Shown in pieces: positions 58,849-64,000 of a stretch of DNA of 64,000 bases. Positions within the stretch are counted from its first letter, which is position 1. The number at the start of each line of letters is the position of its first letter. A model generated the notes under the pieces. It made no database searches. It was not told the origin of the DNA and saw only the letters and a list, made by a program, of their open reading frames with translations. The stretch spans positions 558,001 through 622,000 of the forward strand of contig RHPI01001037.1 of the NCBI GenBank assembly GCA_009103225.1. The letters run 5' to 3'. The translations under genes were made by a program, and so were the position numbers. The stretch is from Chlorokybus atmophyticus (lineage: Eukaryota > Plantae > Mesostigma and Chlorokybus algae).

Positions 58849-61507
58849 ATGGTGCGGACACGAGCAGCATGCAGTCTTAAGAGCGGCAGTCAACATAGCA
58901 ATGTCACCAACAACTCCGGGGTAAGTTGCAACTCAAGTACATGTGCATTGCATTGCATGCAAGCTAGGCTGTCTATGCTATGCTATGCTATGCTATGGTA
59001 TTGCTGGCTGGCTGGACCAGTCAGAGAGATTGGGTCAGCCACGAGTGCTGCCATAGCTTCTCTCATCACCCTGATGTATGTATAGGCCCCAAAGGACCGC
59101 ACCCCTCAAGCCAGGCGCAAGCGTAAGCAACCCCCCACGCCAACTGCACCAGCAAAGGGCAAGGCTACACGCAACCTCAAGGCTCAAGACCTACGCTCTC
59201 TAGTGCAGGCTAAGGGCCTCAAGTATGCCATGTACTCACGCAACTCAACTCTTCTTGAGAAGATGATGGCCGCCTGTGAGCTGATCAGGACTGGCGAGAG
59301 AGGATTGCGTGAGGCAGCTGACGATATCGGAGTCCCCAAGTCCACTCTCAGTGATTACTTCAGAAACCCTGCCAAGTTTAATGACCCACGCCAGCCTGGT
59401 CGCATTCCCATCCTCGCTGCAAGTGAAGAAGATCAACTGGTTATCTGGGTGACGGACATGTGCAAGCACGCCACTTCTGTCACCGTAGCTGCACTGCAAC
59501 ACAGGGTAAGTCTTGAATAGATGCAATTCAGTGCAGCAATCGACACTGGATGTGTTTACAGGTGATAACACTTCTAGAGGGAGCGGAGGAGAGGCTGAGG
59601 AGGTTTGGCGAGAACAAAATCCCTGGCAAGAAATGGTGTCGCCTATTCCTGTCACGGCACAACCTCAGCATGAGAGTAGCAGAGGGTCTAGACCGCCGCC
59701 GTTGGCAATGGGCGACCCCAGGAGCTGTGCACTCTTTCTTCCATCTGTATGAGCGCCTGGTAGAGGACCTGAAACTCACTCCCTCACGCATCTGGAATGC
59801 GGATGAGACAGGGCTGGAACCAGACAACTTGGGGACTGTGAAGGTGGTGGCTCCCCGTGGTTTCAGAAATCCATACCACAGACTCTGTGGCAATAGAGAA
59901 CATATGAGCATCATGGCTTGTGTGAACGCCGCTGGTGCTCACATGCCCCCCCTGTACATCTGCAAAGGCAAGCATGTGACCATGGATTGGTTAGAAGATG
60001 CCCCCCCCGGCAGTGGCCTTGCTATGCAGGTACCTGCCATGTGCATGTGCATATGCATGTACATGTGACAATGCACTAACATGCACTTGTGTGACACACA
60101 GGAGAACGCATACATGACACACGAAATATTTCAGCAATGGTTTCAGCTGTTTATGGACAACATACCTGGCGGTGCTTCTTCAGAACCCATGCTTTCTACT
60201 TGTGGACGGACACTCTTCCAGAATCAACCCTGACATGCTGGAACAAGCTGCTGAGAACGGAGTGCACATCTTGACCTTTCCACCGCATCTCACCCATCTC
60301 ATGCAGGTATGAAAGCCTGCTGTACAACTGCTATAGGGACCATGCACTTTCATAAGTTGCCAGCACATTGCACAGCTCACAAACACATGGTCACCTTGCA
60401 GGTACTCGACGTCAGCTGCTTTCGCAGCTTCAAGCAGGCGTACAAGCACCAGTATGTTCGTGTCATGGCCTCCAACCCCAACTTGAAGATGTGTAAAAAG
60501 ATCTTAATCCAACTGACTGCCAACCCTTTCCTGACGGCCATGAGTCCTGCCAACATCATAGCTGGCTTCCGCAAAACAGGTAACCCTGCGATGCAATCCC
60601 TTGGTCAGTCATAATTAGAATGAGTGCACAGTGATGCATGCACAGTCTCATTCTCAGTGCCAACTCATGCAAGGTTATGCACAAGCATGCACAGTAGCAG
60701 CCTTCGGTTCCTTGCAGTGTCTACTAGCTCTTATGCTTGTCTCACTTTGCAGGTCTCTGGCCGTTAAACATGCATGCCTTGGACGACCGTCTGCATGATC
60801 CTGAGGACATGGAAGTCCAGCCAGAACCAGGCACCATCAGCCCAGCACTTTTGGAGGCCATGTTCACAGCCGAGTTTGGCCGTGAGGGAGACGAAGAAGA
60901 GCAAACTCAAGACGTCGACAACAACAACTCGCAAGTACCTGATTTTCTAGAGGAGGAGGAGGTGGGCACGGAGGAAGTTCTGCCTGGACAACTCAGAGCT
61001 CAGGCCAGAGGACCCTCATACATGCGTGCCGCCACCATCCTCACCAGCCCCGAGATCATCCAACATCTGCGTGAACGCGCTGTTGAGAAGGAGCGCCTTG
61101 AGGCACGCAGGATTGCCAGGAAGGCAGATCTCAGGAGGAAGAGGGAAGAGGCAGCAGGAGAGAAGGCTGCGAAGGCCCAAGAGAAGGAAGTCCATGCACA
61201 GGAGAAGGCGGAGAGATTGAGGCAGAAAGCTGAAGCTAAGGCAGCTGCAGCAGCAGAGAAGCAGCACAAGAAGGCGGCGGCGAAGGAGGCCAAGAAGCTC
61301 GCAGCAACCCTGCGCAACACGGAGGTGGTTAGCAGTGACACCGAGGACGACACCCCAGCGACTGCAAGGCCATGGGCTGAGCTGGAGGAAGACGGCCTCA
61401 CCTGTGCCGTCACGGCAAGACCAGCGCTGTCCAAGGCAACACTGGCAAAACACCGTGCATTCGCTCAAAGCAGAGGAGGCCTGCGCCTAGCAAAGATCCT
61501 GTACTAG
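58849..61507 (+). pseudogene. Pogo transposase (HTH + CENP-B-type HTH + DDE_1, DD35D), 6 exons, about 700 aa, one +1 frameshift
   Basis: Exons 58849-58920, 59086-59505, 59562-60029, 60102-60306, 60402-60579 and 60753-61507. Motifs: LREAADDIGVPKSTL, EEDQLVIWV, PGKKWCRLFLSRH, IWNADETG, LVDGHSSR, PPHLTHLMQ|VLDVSCF, GFRKT|GLWP. Exon 4 is 205 nt (3n+1). Confidence 0.9.
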
Positions 61508-62044
61508 AACTAGCATGTGCATGCAGCTAGCCCTTCTGTAGATAGCGCGCAACATCTACCTTGTTTATACAAACATGCTTGACAAGCCTCTGCCCTTGCA
61601 CGCCATGCTCACACGCTCTATGCATGCTGCATGCGCATGCACAGTTCTGCTCACACAACTCTGTGCACACCGCACATGCACACTGCACAAGCCTTACCTC
61701 CGTCTCACGTGTGCGTAGAAGGCGCCGCCAATGCGCCACTGACCTTACAATCCAACCTCACGACAACAACAACACCCTCGCCACGAACAGGCGCTCACCG
61801 CCGCCACAACCTCCTTGGGTCTTACAGCATACAGGCAATACTAGACTGTCCGAAGTTAGGCTCACTTTACTTTAGATCGCCTGCACTGTTGACTGGTCTT
61901 TGCCGGAAGCTCACGGACGCATCTGATAGGCTAAAAATACAAGGACAAGCTTGAGAGATAGGTCATCACACTAGCTTTCAACTAAGCCATCAATTGATTA
62001 AAACGGTGAAGTGCTCAGCTAACGGTGACCTTACTAGTGTAAAG

Positions 62045-62069
62045 TGTCCGAAGTTAGGGCACCTTACCC
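62045..62069 (-). repeat. Right TIR (an additional internal motif copy CTGTCCGAAGTTAGG lies at 61846-61860)
   Basis: Exact reverse complement of the left TIR. Confidence 0.95.
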
Positions 62070-62817
62070 TAGCAGAACTTGGCTGCATTGACAGCACCTT
62101 ACTACGCTGCGCTGCGCCGACAGCAGCTGCGCACCTTAATATTATTAGGTTACAGAAAGAAAAAAGAGTATGCATTTATCGAAGCAAAACATATATATAT
62201 ATAAGTGTAGAGCAATGTCGTGTAGTCCATTGTTTTTTCTCTTACTGTGTCTTATTTTGCTCTTACTTTGTATACGCGTGCTCTTACTTCATCTTAATTT
62301 TGAGTCTAAGCAAAAGATTACTTTAGCTACATAAAAAGCTCCTAAGCAATTTACTTAAAATCTTATAGTATGTGTACCCCAACCATTTCGAGCGCAGCTA
62401 ATTATAAAAATAATTATCTCTTTAATAACACACATATTAACATGCACACGGTATGGAGTCAGGTAGGAAATGCACACACCCACGCATACAATTGGCAAGA
62501 CAACAAGACAAAAGGGGCAAGCTTAATTACATTAGGGGCCTAAGTTAGGTGCTTTAATGGCTATGTGCAAATGTAAGGCGAGGCAGTGGGTATGAGCAAG
62601 CAGGCACTACAATCAAATAACATGTTACAACAAAGCATGCATACATGTCTAACGAGGTAGTGGTAGTATTGTGGTAGAATAATGGTTACGATATAGCACG
62701 GTAGTGATTGTGTGTAACTTTGTATACCAATGATGTAGTGTGGCTGTATGCATGTTGCATTTTTATGTGTCTGCATAACAGTACTTCACATATCTCACAA
62801 TCAGCACGTACGCACTG

Positions 62818-63305
62818 TCACAGCCCACTCGACCATAAAAGACTTGATGCTTTTATTGTCGATTTGTGGTCATTTAATGTACCTTCCCATTACATTCCCC
62901 CCACTTAAGAACGCCGACGTCCTCGGCAGCCCATGCTCAGCTGGGGAATCAGCCCAGGGGTTTGTTAAGGTCGGTCATCGGCCCCACTGCCAAGGACCGG
63001 TCAATTTGGGCCCATACCGGTCAAGGCGCGCAAAGCGCTGCTGCCGGCCCCACACGTCGCATCGCGACATGCAGGTCGCGTCCTGCCGCGCGACTGAACG
63101 TTGGCGCAACTGCCATTAGGCCGGTCGCGATACATCGACGATGGCACATATAAGGTGACCATTTATGATGATAATGGATCGAGAAACGACGACCGCAAAA
63201 TTCGTGTGCAAGGCAGGAATCGGACCCGAGTCTCAAGCCCCGATAACCAATCTCACAGCCCACTCGACCATAGAAGACTTTGTGCATTTATTATTGATTT
63301 GTTGT
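62818..63305. repeat. Pair of 53-bp imperfect direct repeats (62818-62870 and 63253-63305) bracketing a GC-rich segment
   Basis: The first 20 bp (TCACAGCCCACTCGACCATA) are identical; 46/53 identical by manual alignment. Confidence 0.8.
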
Positions 63306-64000
63306 ATGTTATCGTTGCACGCACCCACGAACACACAAACACAATCACGTGACTTCCCACGCTGAGAGTGGCAATTGCTGTCAAACATGGACCTGAGAGG
63401 CTGGCTAAGGGAGTGCTAGCTGCGTGCAATGCAAAGAGCAGCAATAATTGCAAGCAGGCGAGGTAGTACACGGAATATTTCCCGCAGATTAGCCCTAATC
63501 CGCATGTGCGGACCAGGGTCAAAGCACCCGATCCCGACGAGGGTCCCCCGCCTTGATCTGCACGCGGGGATTAGGGCTGGTCCCCGACATACGTAATTGT
63601 CCTACGGTCCCCCAAAAACCGAACCAGGGTTGGTGACGCCAGTTAAACATAAGGCAATTACCTTTTATCGGTTGATGGTTCGTCAAGCTTAATTTACCCC
63701 TCGCCCCATGAAAAAGTGCACAGTCTCGGATGATTCGAGCCCAAGCGCGGAGCGTCTTCACCAGCCAATTTGCCATCGGCGATACAACAACATTCGCTAC
63801 CGGTCATCGGCACGTATACATTACATATATATCTTGTACAGTATTAGAGGTAGATAACCCTACTAAAACGATTCAACACCCGATCGCAGTAGCGATCGAG
63901 CTAAATCGCAATACCGACCGCGGCTAATGATATGTATTCGCTTACTTGGTCGCGGTCAAGCCCACCTTTTGCTCTTTTGCAGAGCAAAAAGGTTGGCTTG

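Larger units (their letters stand above)
58277..62069 (+). mobile_element. Full-length pogo-superfamily (DD35D, Fot-like) DNA transposon, 3793 bp, flanked by TA
   Basis: Perfect 25-bp TIRs GGGTAAGGTGCCCTAACTTCGGACA (58277-58301) and its reverse complement (62045-62069). TA at 58275-76 and 62070-71. Internal DDE_1-type transposase. Confidence 0.95.

Noticed and set aside
57900-62560. Older element in the AT-rich flanks interrupted by the pogo insertion
   Set aside because: Only about 10-bp inverted similarities between the flanks; not enough to define termini.
1-64000. CRISPR arrays, rRNA, tRNA, prokaryotic operons
   Set aside because: No regularly spaced repeat-spacer pattern, cloverleaf or rRNA signature seen; the DNA is spliceosomal-intron-rich and eukaryotic.

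Overview
Intron-rich eukaryotic nuclear DNA, most consistent with a green-lineage (probably early streptophyte-type) alga. This taxonomy is inferred from plant-type SEND1, BMI1/RAWUL, OBAP and organellar guanylate kinase genes and from telo-boxes. I hand-assembled 11 host genes: GEN2/SEND1 nuclease, OBAP (DUF1264), a transit-peptide GGCT-like enzyme, a membrane-anchored DnaJ-type Zn-finger protein, a secreted bacterial-type glucose/sorbosone (PQQ) dehydrogenase, an unidentified multi-exon gene, BMI1/DRIP-like RING-RAWUL ligase, organellar guanylate kinase, GCP2, VPS20, NC2beta/Dr1 and a ~47-exon TRRAP/Tra1 (12 including the unidentified one). The clearest accessory feature is a full-length 3.8-kb pogo (DD35D, Fot-like) DNA transposon. 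It has perfect 25-bp TIRs, TA flanks and an intron-containing transposase broken by one +1 frameshift, and it sits ~1 kb upstream of TRRAP. Other points of interest: at least five GC-AG introns, a ~150-aa disordered insertion inside the BMI1 RAWUL domain, telo-boxes at four promoter regions and a probable CACTA-like relic. There are three N-gaps. I saw no rRNA, tRNA or CRISPR. All exon boundaries are manual predictions and no database searches were run.
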